This document shows, in pieces, positions 17,664-27,646 of a stretch of 64,000 nucleotides of DNA. Origin of the DNA: Thermoplasmata archaeon (lineage in GTDB: Archaea; Thermoplasmatota; Thermoplasmata; Lutacidiplasmatales; UBA184); NCBI GenBank assembly GCA_021806135.1, contig JAJZYB010000006.1:7735-71734 (forward strand). The letters run 5' to 3'. Numbering within the stretch: position 1 is the stretch's first letter; each line of letters begins with the position of its first letter. The notes beneath the pieces were generated by a model. That model ran no database searches and was not told the DNA's origin. It saw only the letters and a list, made by a program, of their open reading frames with translations. The position numbers and the translations under genes were made by a program.

Positions 17664-18903
17664 GGATCACGTCCCCGCGGGAGAGTTCGTCCGGGGCGAG
17701 GAGGATCACCGTCCGGGCCTCCCGCCGGGCGGCCTCCTTCATCTGGCGTCCCAGGGGCCGGTCCATCAGGTCGTGCTCCACGCTGAAGCCGGCGCGGCGA
17801 AGACGCCGGACCAGGACGAGGGACCGGGGCCGAAGTTCGGGACTGGCCACCGCCACGTAGGCCTGGGGGCCGGTGCGCGAACTGGGCCAGAGCCCCGCAC
17901 GACGGAGCAAGAGCTCCACGGTGAGGTCCCCGATGGCCAGACCGCAGGCGGGCACCGGCCCACCTCCGAAGAGCTCGATGAGCCGATCGTAGCGCCCTCC
18001 CCCGAAGAGCGCCCGGAGCTCCCCCCGCCGGTCATACGCCTCGAAGACGGTGCCCGTATAGTAGGCGAGGCCGCGGGCGAGCAGGGGGTCGAAACGCCAG
18101 GACACCTCGAGCCCGGACTCCACTCCCAGGGCAAAGAGCCGTTCGAGGGAACCCAGCCCGGCCAGCGCCTCCTCCCCCAGACCCCACGAGGCGGTCTCCT
18201 CTCGTAGCCGGGAGAGCGCGTCCCGGTTGGAGCGTTCCGCCGACACGGCGTCGAGGAGCCCGAAGAGGCGGGCCCGCGCCCCCTCGTCGAGGCCGGCCTC
18301 CCCCAGTTCCTGCCCGAACGCCTCCGGCGAGAGCTTCTCGCGTCGGTCCAGCACTCTTAGCAGCCGCTCCGGGTCCCGGCCCCCGAGCGCCATGCCCAAA
18401 CCCTGGGCCAGCCGTCGGTCGTTCACCCGGAAGACCACCTCCCCGCCCACGCCGAGTTCCTCGAAGATGGCTGCGCTGGTCGCCAAGAGCTCCAGCTCGG
18501 CCTCGACCCCCGGGACCCCGAAGATGTCCAGCGAGCACTGGGAGAACTCCCGGGTCCGGCCCGCTTGGGGCTCCTCGTAGCGCCAGAGCTTCGAAAAGGC
18601 CACCCACTTCACGGGCAGGGGCTCGGCCTTCGCCCGGGAAGCCAGGAGCCGGGCCACGGAGGGGGTGTTCTCCGGCACCAAGGTCACCTCCCGTCCGCCT
18701 TTGTCCCGGAAGGAGAAGGTCTCCTCCACGATCCCCTCCCCGCTCTTCACTTGGAGGAGCTCGAGGCTCTCCACCGATGGGGTCTCCACCTCCTCGAAGC
18801 CCGCCCGCTCCGCCACCGAGCGGATCGTGGCCGTGATCCAAGCGCGGTGGGCCGCATCCGGGGGCAGGATGTCCCGGAATCCCCGGAGGGGCTTCCATGT
18901 CAT
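17542..18903 (-). CDS. hisS: Histidine--tRNA ligase
   Basis: Class II aaRS motifs; MTWKPLRGFRDILPPDAAHRAWI...REFSQCSLDIFG...; HisRS-like anticodon-binding C-terminus. Confidence 0.85.
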   Translation of the reverse strand: MTWKPLRGFRDILPPDAAHRAWITATIRSVAERAGFEEVETPSVESLELLQVKSGEGIVEETFSFRDKGGREVTLVPENTPSVARLLASRAKAEPLPVKWVAFSKLWRYEEPQAGRTREFSQCSLDIFGVPGVEAELELLATSAAIFEELGVGGEVVFRVNDRRLAQGLGMALGGRDPERLLRVLDRREKLSPEAFGQELGEAGLDEGARARLFGLLDAVSAERSNRDALSRLREETASWGLGEEALAGLGSLERLFALGVESGLEVSWRFDPLLARGLAYYTGTVFEAYDRRGELRALFGGGRYDRLIELFGGGPVPACGLAIGDLTVELLLRRAGLWPSSRTGPQAYVAVASPELRPRSLVLVRRLRRAGFSVEHDLMDRPLGRQMKEAARREARTVILLAPDELSRGDVILRNMQSGQQEAVPFASVEDRLPRPPAAPGEGVEGPAPGGG

Positions 18904-19006
18904 GGGCGCCCGGGGGCACCTCCGGGGAGGCCTTTAAGGCTCAGGGGCCGCCCGGGGACTCGCACCTTACGGGGAAGGTTCAAGAGGGACCCTTTCCCCC
19001 TTCCGG

Positions 19007-20905
19007 GTGGGGTCGAACCCTCCCATGGACGCCCAAGTCCTCCGAGAACGGCCGTTCCTCTTGCTCGTGGCCGTCACGCTCATCGCCATCGCCATGGTCC
19101 TTCCCTCCTTCCCGTCAGCGGGCCTCCCCTCTCACGGAATAGGGCCGGGCTCTGCTGCAACGGGGGCCGCCCCCCTCCTGCCGGGGCCGAAGCCCTCGGG
19201 GACTCCCTTACTCTCGCCGCTGCCTGCGCGAAGGGCGCCCTCCCCCGAGCTCACGACCCTTCCCGGGGGCTTTCCCCTCTGTCCGGGGCTCTCCAACCCT
19301 CTCACTGGCTCGTACAGCACGAATGCCTCGGGGGGGCCCTGCTCGGTCGAAACCAACCTGACCGTGGCCCCCACGGGGAGCCTGGTGGTCTGGGGGACCT
19401 CGTCCCTCCTTCTGGTGAACACCAGCCGGAGCGCCACCGACCCCATCACGCTGAGGGTGGCCGGGAGTCTGCGGGTGGGCGGCGGAGGGCTCGTGCAGGT
19501 GGGAACGGGGACCCCCGCCACCTTGGTGCTCGCCGGGACCGTCGGGATCGACCCGGGCAGCACCCTGGCCCTGGACTCCACCTCCCAGCTCGACCTGAAC
19601 GCCAACAGCTCCTTGACCATCGATGGGGGATTCGTCTTCCTGGACGGGGCAGCCGCTGTGGCCTCCGGTGGTTCGGTCACCGTGGCCGGCGGCGGGGTCT
19701 GGGAGGGATCCACTTCCGTCTCCCCCATTCCGCCCCGGGTGGCCCACCTCGACGTGGCGGGCGTCCTCGCCGATCTCACGGTCACCGGCTCCCAGGTGGA
19801 GGGCCTGAACCTGAGCGAGGTGGGGAACCTCTCGGTCGTCGGGGCCGACGTCTCGAACCTGACCATCACCGGGAGCGTCGGGACCATGAGCCTCCTCGGG
19901 TTCTACACCCGGCTCTCCCAGGTGGTGCACGTCACGGTGGCCTCGGTCTCGACGTTCCGCGCCGACGATGTCAACCTCACCGGGGTGCTCTTCGACTCGG
20001 CCGGGAACGTCACCCTGGGGACGGCCTCGACCCCGGAAGACCTGGTCGGGGTCTATGGCCTCACGGTGGCGTCGCCCGGCCTCGAGGACCTGACCATCGA
20101 CCACGCGCAGTTGACCAGCCTCGCCTTGAGCGGAGTGGAGAACGTGAGCGTCTTCTCCTCCACCGTGGGACCGGGGGCCGCCTCGCTGACGGCCGCGAGC
20201 GGGAACCTCACCGTCCACGGCACGAGCCGGTTCCTCGCCCCTCTGGTGATCTCCGGGGGGCCCACCGTGAGCCTGGTGAATGTCTCCGCCCCGGGCCTCG
20301 TGGTCTCCGGCCCGGCGAACGTCCAGGCCGTGAACTGGGCGGGGAACACCACCAACGCGACCGGTCCTTCTCCCTCGCTCCCCTCCATCTCGGTGACCAA
20401 CCACCGGGCCAGCGTGGAGGTCAGCCGCTACGTCCTCCTCCGGGTGGTCGTTCCCGGTGGCTCGCTCCCTCCCCAGGGAAGCTCCGTCCGGATCTGCAAC
20501 GACGTGCTCGCCGGGACCCCCTGCACTACGGTGGCGTTGAACGGGACCTCGGCCGCGGGCATGTTCCTCCTGACGGACCGGGTGACCTTCGGGGGGGACA
20601 CCTTCCTGGGACGCTACACCTTCGCCGCGTCCGGCCCCGGATACCCCGCGAGCCCGGTCAGCGTGTCCATCACCCGGGCGAACACCGTCCTCTCCCTGTC
20701 CATGAGCGCCCCGGTCCTCCCGCCCCAGATCTACCCCTACCTCCTCGCCGAGGGGGCGGCTTTGGTGGTGGTGGCGGTGGGGATCGTCTGGCTCCGGCGT
20801 CGGATCCGCAGCCGACGGGGGGCCTCATCGGAGAGCGGGGCCACCCCCCCGGAGGACCTTTCGGAAGGTCCGCTCGGTCCGGGCGACCTCGTGCCCCCCC
20901 CGTGA
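19007..20905 (+). CDS. Surface glycoprotein, tail-anchored, repetitive beta-rich; function unknown
   Basis: N-terminal signal/TM, >20 N-x-S/T sequons, C-terminal hydrophobic segment followed by RRRIRSRR; supersedes the off-frame Arg/Gly-rich ORF 18565..20964. Confidence 0.55.
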   Translation: MGSNPPMDAQVLRERPFLLLVAVTLIAIAMVLPSFPSAGLPSHGIGPGSAATGAAPLLPGPKPSGTPLLSPLPARRAPSPELTTLPGGFPLCPGLSNPLTGSYSTNASGGPCSVETNLTVAPTGSLVVWGTSSLLLVNTSRSATDPITLRVAGSLRVGGGGLVQVGTGTPATLVLAGTVGIDPGSTLALDSTSQLDLNANSSLTIDGGFVFLDGAAAVASGGSVTVAGGGVWEGSTSVSPIPPRVAHLDVAGVLADLTVTGSQVEGLNLSEVGNLSVVGADVSNLTITGSVGTMSLLGFYTRLSQVVHVTVASVSTFRADDVNLTGVLFDSAGNVTLGTASTPEDLVGVYGLTVASPGLEDLTIDHAQLTSLALSGVENVSVFSSTVGPGAASLTAASGNLTVHGTSRFLAPLVISGGPTVSLVNVSAPGLVVSGPANVQAVNWAGNTTNATGPSPSLPSISVTNHRASVEVSRYVLLRVVVPGGSLPPQGSSVRICNDVLAGTPCTTVALNGTSAAGMFLLTDRVTFGGDTFLGRYTFAASGPGYPASPVSVSITRANTVLSLSMSAPVLPPQIYPYLLAEGAALVVVAVGIVWLRRRIRSRRGASSESGATPPEDLSEGPLGPGDLVPPP

Positions 20906-20921
20906 ACGGGACGGCGCGCCC

Positions 20922-22001
20922 TCAGCGGGAGGCCGCTTCGGCCACCGGGCGCTCCCGGGCCTGACGGAGCTCCTCCCGGAGGCGGGGGAGCCCCTGGGCG
21001 GCCCGAAGCGGCTGCGACTCCCGAAGCTCCTCCGTAAGGTCCCGGGCCAGCAGGATCGCCCGCTCGACGTCGGTCCCCTTGGCCCGCAACGTCCGCAGCT
21101 CCACGCTGAGCCCGTGGAGCTCCTCCACGAGGCGGTCCGTGAGCAGCTCGCCCAGGCGCTGGACCTCCTCCCCGAGCATGGTCTCGGCGGCGGTCCGCCC
21201 TCCGGTCCGGGCCGCTTCCAGGGCCTTTCGTTCCAGCCCGGCAACCAAGGACGGGTCCCCGCCCAAGAACCTCAGCCAGGACTTCAAGTGGGCCATCGAC
21301 CGCAACAGCTCCCCCACCGAGCCAAGCTGCGCTTCCAAAAGGCCCATCTCCCCGTCGAGCCGCCGGAGCGTGACCTGGGCCTGGCGGAGGTCGCCGGAAC
21401 GCAGGGCGTCCCTCAGGGGGTCGAGGTAGCCGAGCGCGTCGTCGATCCGGACGAAGGGGTCGAAGGTCCGCAATTGCGACGTGGCCGCGGTCAGCCGGTT
21501 GGCGAACTCGTTCCCCAGGTGGTCGTAGAGCCGACCGCGAAGGGTGAGGAGCGCTTCCCGGGAGAGCTCCGGATCCATGGAGCGCATGCTGTCCAGGAGC
21601 CGGGCGGTCTCCGGTCCGAAGGCGGAGAGGTTGAACCCCGCCCGCCGCCCGATCTGCAGGAAGTCGCTGAGCTCGTCCACGATCTCCTGGAGGGGAAGCC
21701 CGTCCGCCGAGGCCAGCGGAGGGACCCGGATCTCCTCCTCCCCGAGGGTGGGCTCCGGCATGAGCCGCTCCGTCGCCTCCTCGGGGCCGGTTTCAACGAA
21801 CCCTCCGGCAGCCGGTTGGCGCCGGAGGCCTTCCAGCGCGTTCACCCACTGCTCGTACGGGTCGTCCCCTCCCGGTGACGCAAGGGGGGAACGGGCCCCC
21901 GGCCAGAGCTCCCGCGGGAGCCCACAGGTGGGGCAGACCTTCCCCTCCGTGGGGAGCGGGGCCTGGCAGACGGGACAGACGAAGCGGCCTGATGCTGTCA
22001 T
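20922..22001 (-). CDS. Hypothetical protein with N-terminal double CxxC zinc ribbon and long alpha-helical region
   Basis: Start chosen at MTASGRFVCPVCQAPLPTEGKVCPTCGLP; rest Leu/Arg/Glu-rich helical; upstream part of the long ORF overlaps tiaS and is Arg/Pro-rich. Confidence 0.4.
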   Translation of the reverse strand: MTASGRFVCPVCQAPLPTEGKVCPTCGLPRELWPGARSPLASPGGDDPYEQWVNALEGLRRQPAAGGFVETGPEEATERLMPEPTLGEEEIRVPPLASADGLPLQEIVDELSDFLQIGRRAGFNLSAFGPETARLLDSMRSMDPELSREALLTLRGRLYDHLGNEFANRLTAATSQLRTFDPFVRIDDALGYLDPLRDALRSGDLRQAQVTLRRLDGEMGLLEAQLGSVGELLRSMAHLKSWLRFLGGDPSLVAGLERKALEAARTGGRTAAETMLGEEVQRLGELLTDRLVEELHGLSVELRTLRAKGTDVERAILLARDLTEELRESQPLRAAQGLPRLREELRQARERPVAEAASR

Positions 22002-22126
22002 GCGTCGCACCCTCCCATCCCCGTTCCCTGCCTGGCCCCCTCCCCAGGGAAGAGGGTGCTTTCCGGAGGGCGGGGTTGGTATAAACCTCCGGCGGGAGGC
22101 CTCGGCCCGCTCCCGACCGGCGCCGC

Positions 22127-23446
22127 TCAAGGCCAGGGACGCCCAGGCAAGGGGGCGAGATGGCGGCGGGCGGAGGGCGTGGGATGGGCGGCGCCCTCGA
22201 GCCGGGAGCGCGAGACCCATCTGCCGGGGGCCGCCTCCGGTGGGATCCTGACCCCGCAGCCCCGGCACCGGAACCCCGCCTGTCTGCCGGCACTCGCCGG
22301 ACGTTTTCCGCACCGGGGGCAGCGGGGCCGTCCTGACCGCAGGAACGCAGGACGGGCCGCCAGGACCCTAAGCCCCTCCAGGTTGAGGCTGAGTCCCGGC
22401 TCGCCGAGCGGGCGGGTCCCCCACAGCCGCACCCGGTCCCCCGGCAAGAGCTCCCGGGCCACCGCGGGAAGCGTCTTTGTCGGTTCGAAGGCGTAGGTGT
22501 CGGCCATCGCCTCCCCTTCTCGGACCGTGACCCGGACGTGGCCGCCCGGCAGCCGCTCGGGCTCAGCGGCCACGGAGGCCTCGACCACCCCGGAGGTGCC
22601 GGGGGGCCAGGAGGCCAGCGACCGCGGGACCAGATGGTCCCCGGACGCCTGGTTGGTGAGGAAGACCACCCATCGTTCCGGGCCCTCCCCTTTCACGAGC
22701 TTGGCCGCCCGGGGGAGGTCGTGGGGGTCCTTCCCCCGGATCCCGTAGAGAATGGGGCAGGGGGTGTGGGGGGAGAGGAGCAGCCGCCGGGTCTTCGGAT
22801 CGTAATTGTGGAAGGTGGAGGGGTAGCGACGGGAGATCAGTTCCCCGTCCCGGGGGTCCGGGCTCCGGGGTCCCCCCCAGCGAGCCGGGTGCCGGTACGC
22901 CAGCAGTTCGTAGGTCACCCGGTGGTGGGGCCAGGCCAGGCTTGCCGCTGCCCCCACCAGGCCCTGACCGCTCCCCCGGGCCTCCCACTGGGCGCCGGCG
23001 ATGCCCTGGAGCAGTCGCTCCACCCGGGCCACGGGAACGATCTGCCGGACCGCGCTCCAATACAACGCCTCGGGGAGTGGCCGGGGGGTCAGCACGAACG
23101 CCGGATCCGCGTGGGGGTCCTCCCATCGGGCCGTCCGTCGAAGGAGCTCCCGGACCCGCTCGGGAAGCTCCCGGGCCTCTGGGGGGGTGAGCGGACGGCC
23201 GCGAGGGTAGGCCACGAGGGGCTGCCCGCCGAACCGACCGACCCGCCGGGGCTTGCCGCTACCATGCCCAAGACGCGCCGCCAGCGCCCCGTTCCCCCGG
23301 GTCTTGAACGGGACGTTCGGGTTGAGCCGGACCAGACGGGGGTACCCGATGAGGTCGAGTGGCGCGATCTCCCTCAGGAGCTCGGTGAGCACCCAGGTGG
23401 TGCAGCCGCCGCGCGGGGAGTCGGTGTCGTCGAGGCCCACGTACAC
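22127..23446 (-). CDS. tiaS: tRNA(Ile2) 2-agmatinylcytidine synthetase TiaS
   Basis: MYVGLDDTDSPRGGCTT...YPRLVRLNPNVPFKTRGNGA...HTPCPILYGIRG...YAFEPTK...CPRCGKRPASAGRQAGFRCRGCG...PSARRHLAPLP match the characteristic TiaS kinase-like, OB and zinc-ribbon segments. Confidence 0.85.
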   Translation of the reverse strand: MYVGLDDTDSPRGGCTTWVLTELLREIAPLDLIGYPRLVRLNPNVPFKTRGNGALAARLGHGSGKPRRVGRFGGQPLVAYPRGRPLTPPEARELPERVRELLRRTARWEDPHADPAFVLTPRPLPEALYWSAVRQIVPVARVERLLQGIAGAQWEARGSGQGLVGAAASLAWPHHRVTYELLAYRHPARWGGPRSPDPRDGELISRRYPSTFHNYDPKTRRLLLSPHTPCPILYGIRGKDPHDLPRAAKLVKGEGPERWVVFLTNQASGDHLVPRSLASWPPGTSGVVEASVAAEPERLPGGHVRVTVREGEAMADTYAFEPTKTLPAVARELLPGDRVRLWGTRPLGEPGLSLNLEGLRVLAARPAFLRSGRPRCPRCGKRPASAGRQAGFRCRGCGVRIPPEAAPGRWVSRSRLEGAAHPTPSARRHLAPLPGRPWP

Positions 23447-23486
23447 ACTGCCCCCGTGACCACGTCCCGGGTCCGGCCCCTTCCGG

Positions 23487-24359
23487 TCAGGCGAGGCCGC
23501 TCAGGAGCTTCTCGTAGCGGGCCCGGTTGGCCTCCAGCGAGATCTCGGCGGTCGCCGGGGCGGACTCGACGGTGGGAATCAGGGTCCGGTCCAAGGAGGG
23601 GGCCAGCCGGTCGTCCGACGGGCGGAAGAGCAGTCCCACCGGTATCCTCCCGGCGGCGATGGTGGACAGGCAGCCGGCGATCGCCTTGGTCCGGTCCGTC
23701 CGGTCGTAGCCGGGAACGGTATCCACGTTCTGGACCTGTTCCCGCCACTCCTTGTACGTGTCGTTGTACGTGACACAGGGGGAGAGGATCTCCACGAAGG
23801 CGAACCCCCGCCGCTCCCGGTTGAACTGGATCGCCTGGGTGATGAGCTGCCCCGCCTCCCGGGGCGCCCCAGAGAATCCCCGTGCCACGAACCCGCTGGA
23901 GGGGATGCTCATGGCGAGGAGCGTGGCGTCGAAGGGGGTCTCCACGTTCCCCGAGAAGCCTACCGGCGCCGTGGGAGAGGCCTGGCCCTTCGTCAACCCG
24001 TACGTCTCGTTGTTCATCACCACGTAGGTGAGGGCGGCGTTCTTCTTCAGCGCGTGGACGAAGTGCCCCATGCCGATGGCGTAGCCGTCCCCGTCACCCC
24101 CGATGGCCAGGACCGTGAGCTTCGGGTTGGCCAACTTCACGCCCACCGCGGTGGGGAGAAGCCTCCCGTGCAGGGAGTGGAACCCGTATCCCTCCATGAA
24201 ATTGTGGATGGCCCCCGAGCAGCCGATGCCTCCCACCAGGACGGTCTCCTCCGCGGGGACCTTGAGCTCCGTGAGCGCCCGTTTGATGGCGGCCATCACG
24301 CCGAAGTCCCCGCAGCCGGGACACCAGATGGGCGAGGTGGGCTTGGCGGTCTCGGTCAC
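23487..24359 (-). CDS. korB: 2-oxoacid:ferredoxin oxidoreductase, beta (TPP-binding) subunit
   Basis: WCPGCGDFG...GIGCSG...GGDGDGYAIG motifs. Confidence 0.85.
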   Translation of the reverse strand: MTETAKPTSPIWCPGCGDFGVMAAIKRALTELKVPAEETVLVGGIGCSGAIHNFMEGYGFHSLHGRLLPTAVGVKLANPKLTVLAIGGDGDGYAIGMGHFVHALKKNAALTYVVMNNETYGLTKGQASPTAPVGFSGNVETPFDATLLAMSIPSSGFVARGFSGAPREAGQLITQAIQFNRERRGFAFVEILSPCVTYNDTYKEWREQVQNVDTVPGYDRTDRTKAIAGCLSTIAAGRIPVGLLFRPSDDRLAPSLDRTLIPTVESAPATAEISLEANRARYEKLLSGLA

Positions 24360-26161
24360 GGCCGTCCCTCCGTCACGCGCTTGACCAGTGCCGGGGCCCG
24401 GAACGCGTTCCCATCGTACTGGACGATGCTCGAGAAGGATGACCGGGGGAGCGCCTGGCGGAGCAGCAGGGCGAGCTGGCCGGTGAAGTTATGCTCCACC
24501 ACGAACGCGCGTTCCACGGTGGCGAGGAACTCCTCCACCTCGGCGGTGGGGACCGGCCAGAGGGTGCGGGCCTGGAAGAAGCGGGAAGAGATGCCCCGGC
24601 CGGCGAGCAGGCGCTGGGCCTCCCGGATCGGTCCGTAGGTGCTCCCGTAGCCGACGAACCCAACCTGTCCCCGGGCCTCCCCGTAGATCCGCGCCCGGGG
24701 GAGGTCCCCCCGGGCCCGTTCCATCTTCCCCAGCCGCTTCGCCATCATCCGGCGGCGGTTCTCCGGGTTCACCGAGACGTGCCCCCACTCGTCGTGCTCG
24801 TTGCCGGTGGTCTGGCCCATCCCGCCGCGCTGGCCCGGAACGCTCCGGGGGGAGATCCCATCGTCGGTGAAGAGGTAGCGTTTGTAGACGGGAAGTGCGG
24901 CGAGCGCTTCCTGGCTGAGGAGCTTGCCCCGGTCGATCCGCACCTTGGAGAGGTCGAAGGGCTCCGAGCTCTGGGTGTACTCGCTCAGGTTCTCGTCGAG
25001 CAGCAGGAAGACGGGGAGTTGCCACTTCTCCGCGAGGTTGAGGGCCTCCACGGTCAGCTCGAAGGCGTCGGCGGGAAAGCCCGGGGCGAGGACGAACCGG
25101 GGAAACTCCCCGTGGGAACCGAAGACCACGTGGAGAAGATCGCTCTGTTCGTGCCGGGTGGGCTCCCCAGTGCTCGGCCCGACCCGCTGGCAGTCCACGA
25201 TGACCACGGGGACCTCGGCCTGCCCGGCATGCCCCATCCCTTCCGTCATGAGGGAGAGCCCAGGCCCGCTGGTGGCGGTCATGCTCCGGGCCCCCGCGTA
25301 GGCGGCCCCGATGGTCATGTTGATGGCGGAGAGCTCGTCCTCCGCTTGCCGGACCACCCCACCGAAGGTGGGGAGCCACCGGGTGAGATGGTCCATGATG
25401 GGGGTGGCCGGGGTGATGGGGTAGCCGGCGAAGAAGCGGCCCCCGCCGACCACGAAGCCCAGGGCGGCGGCCTGGTTCCCGGTGGTCAGGATGGACCGGG
25501 TGTTCGTCCCCGGCTCAAGGAGGAAGAGGGGGTTTGCCCCCACCTGTTCCCGGGCCAGCGTGCGGCCCAGGTCGAAGGCGCTGAGGTTCTTCTGGAGCGC
25601 TTCCCCGCCCCGGCGGCCGAACCGTCCCTCGATGACCCCCCGGGCCTTCGTCTCGTCAAAGCCCAACAGATGCGAGAGCGCCCCGTAGGCCACGGTGTTC
25701 TTGTAAAGACCGTTGCCCACCTTGCTGGCCGCCGTCAACGAGAGCGGCAACAGGTACAGCCGCTCGGGGCCCTCGCTCACCCCGCCTTGGTCTCCCAGGA
25801 TGAACCCTTCGGGGTCGAGTTCGGCCTGGCCGATGCGCACCGCCTCGTCATCGAAGGCCACCAGGACGTCCTGGGTGGCCTTCTGGGCCCAGACCGGCTC
25901 CACGCTCCCCCGGGTGGAGGCGTCGGCATGCCCTCCCCGGATCCGGGAGAGCACGTTGCGAGCGGTGTAGACGTACAGGTGCTGCTCGTGGAAGTACCGG
26001 CCCAGGAGGTCGGAGACGGTCAGGGTCCCGTCCCCCCCCTGCCCGCCGATCATCACGGAAAGGTCCTTCCGTGGCCCGGCCCGGCGCGTCGAGGGGGGGA
26101 GCCGCTCGCTCGGAACGGGGGTGGACAGGTCGGTGGCCGGTGTGGTGGTCATGGTGATCAA
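24356..26161 (-). CDS. korA: 2-oxoacid:ferredoxin oxidoreductase, alpha subunit (fused gamma-alpha type of two-subunit OFORs)
   Basis: 601 aa; N-terminal gamma-like domain (MIGGQGGDGTLTVSDLL) fused to the alpha domain; 4-nt overlap with korB. Confidence 0.8.
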   Translation of the reverse strand: MITMTTTPATDLSTPVPSERLPPSTRRAGPRKDLSVMIGGQGGDGTLTVSDLLGRYFHEQHLYVYTARNVLSRIRGGHADASTRGSVEPVWAQKATQDVLVAFDDEAVRIGQAELDPEGFILGDQGGVSEGPERLYLLPLSLTAASKVGNGLYKNTVAYGALSHLLGFDETKARGVIEGRFGRRGGEALQKNLSAFDLGRTLAREQVGANPLFLLEPGTNTRSILTTGNQAAALGFVVGGGRFFAGYPITPATPIMDHLTRWLPTFGGVVRQAEDELSAINMTIGAAYAGARSMTATSGPGLSLMTEGMGHAGQAEVPVVIVDCQRVGPSTGEPTRHEQSDLLHVVFGSHGEFPRFVLAPGFPADAFELTVEALNLAEKWQLPVFLLLDENLSEYTQSSEPFDLSKVRIDRGKLLSQEALAALPVYKRYLFTDDGISPRSVPGQRGGMGQTTGNEHDEWGHVSVNPENRRRMMAKRLGKMERARGDLPRARIYGEARGQVGFVGYGSTYGPIREAQRLLAGRGISSRFFQARTLWPVPTAEVEEFLATVERAFVVEHNFTGQLALLLRQALPRSSFSSIVQYDGNAFRAPALVKRVTEGRP

Positions 26162-26211
26162 GCCTCAGGGCCGGGGTCCCAAGGAACTCGTGGTTTGGCA
26201 GGGAGAAAAGC

Positions 26212-26220
26212 GTATTTAAC
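26212..26220 (-). promoter_or_regulatory. TATA-like box (TTAAATAC on minus) in divergent korAB / leuA intergenic region
   Basis: Only AT-rich element between korA start (26161) and leuA start (26345). Confidence 0.35.
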
Positions 26221-26344
26221 CTTGAGACCGGCGCGGCTCCCCCGATAGCCGGGAAGGGCCGGGAGGGACGGCCCGCCCAGGGCCGGCACGTTAACGTCCG
26301 TCGTGCTTCGCTATATGTGCCTGGGGCCTGGGACCGGCAAGACC

Positions 26345-27646
26345 ATGGCCGGCCTCTCCTCGACCCTGCCCCTGGTGGAAGACCCGCACGAACTGGCCCG
26401 TGACCAACGGCACCTCCCGGACCGGCTCGTCCTGTGGGACGAGACGCTCCGGGACGGGGAGCAGATGCCGGGGGTGCACTTCTCCCCGGCGGAGAAGCTC
26501 GCCATCGCGGAGAAACTCTCCGAGGTCGGGATCCCGCTGTTGAACGCGGGGATCCCCGTGGTGAGCCCCGAGGAGGCCGAGAGCGTCCACCGTCTGGCCC
26601 ACGCGGGCCTGAAGGCCAAGGTCCTGGCGGCGGCCCGGACCGTGCCCGGCGACGTGGAGGCGGTGATCCGCTCGGGGGTGGACCACATCGCCATCTTCGT
26701 GGCCGCCTCCCAGGTCCACCTCCGCTACAAGCTCAAGATGACCGAGGACGAGGTCCTCGCCGCCTCGGTGGCCCAGGTCCGACGGGCGCACCAGGCGGGC
26801 CTCCACGTGGCCTTCGTCACCGAGGACACCGTCCGCGCTCCCTTCCCATTCGTGGAGCGCCTTTACCGGGCCTGCCGGGAAGCGGGAGCGGACCGGCTCG
26901 TGGTGAGCGACACGGTGGGGATCATGACCCCGAGCACCTTCCGGGCTTTCCTCCGAGAGTTCCGGCGCCGGGTGGAGCCGACCGATTGGTCCGTCCATTG
27001 CCACAACGATTTCGGGATGGCCACGGCGAACACCTTGACCGCGCTGGAAGAGGGCGTCCAGTCGCCTCACGTCTGCGTCAACGGGCTGGGGGAGCGCGCG
27101 GGGAACACCTCCCTGGAGGAGGTGGTGATGTCGCTCGAGGCCCTCTACGGCTACCGGACCGGCATCCGGACGGAAGCGCTCTACGAGCTCTCCCGCCTGG
27201 TGGAGGAACTCTCCGGGATCCCGATCCCCCCCAACAAGGCCCTGGTCGGCTACAACGCGTTCGCCCACGAGGCCGGGATCCACAGCCACGGCGTCCTCCG
27301 GCATACCCTCACCTACGAACCGATCCAGCCGGAGCGGGTGGGACGCCATCGTCTGTTCGTGCTCGGCAAGCACACCGGGAAGGCGGCGGTGGTGGAGAAG
27401 CTCAAGGAACGCCGGCTGGAGGCCACCGAGGCCCAGCTCACTTCCCTCCTCTCCCGGGTGAAGGCCGAAGCGGAGCGCAGGGGAAAAGGCCCCTCCCGGG
27501 AGTTCCTCGGCCGCTACCATGCCCTGTTCGAGAACCCGGGGCTCGACGAGGAGGAGTTCTTCTCCTGGGCCCGTGAGGTCGGGATCCATGCCGGCCCCGA
27601 ACCCGCCCTGCTGGCCTCCCCCGGAGCGAAGGGGAGTGGGCCATGA
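26345..27646 (+). CDS. 2-isopropylmalate synthase/homocitrate synthase family enzyme (short form without LeuA regulatory domain)
   Basis: DxTLRDGEQ motif (LWDETLRDGEQMPG), HCHNDFGMATANTLTALEEG; ~430 aa; first gene of leuCDB-like cluster. Confidence 0.75.
   Translation: MAGLSSTLPLVEDPHELARDQRHLPDRLVLWDETLRDGEQMPGVHFSPAEKLAIAEKLSEVGIPLLNAGIPVVSPEEAESVHRLAHAGLKAKVLAAARTVPGDVEAVIRSGVDHIAIFVAASQVHLRYKLKMTEDEVLAASVAQVRRAHQAGLHVAFVTEDTVRAPFPFVERLYRACREAGADRLVVSDTVGIMTPSTFRAFLREFRRRVEPTDWSVHCHNDFGMATANTLTALEEGVQSPHVCVNGLGERAGNTSLEEVVMSLEALYGYRTGIRTEALYELSRLVEELSGIPIPPNKALVGYNAFAHEAGIHSHGVLRHTLTYEPIQPERVGRHRLFVLGKHTGKAAVVEKLKERRLEATEAQLTSLLSRVKAEAERRGKGPSREFLGRYHALFENPGLDEEEFFSWAREVGIHAGPEPALLASPGAKGSGP

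Noticed and set aside
18565-20964. 799-aa + strand ORF overlapping hisS and the surface glycoprotein gene
   Set aside because: Off-frame relative to 19007..20905; translation is Arg/Gly/Pro-rich with no domains, whereas the 19007 frame has signal peptide, sequons and a TM anchor
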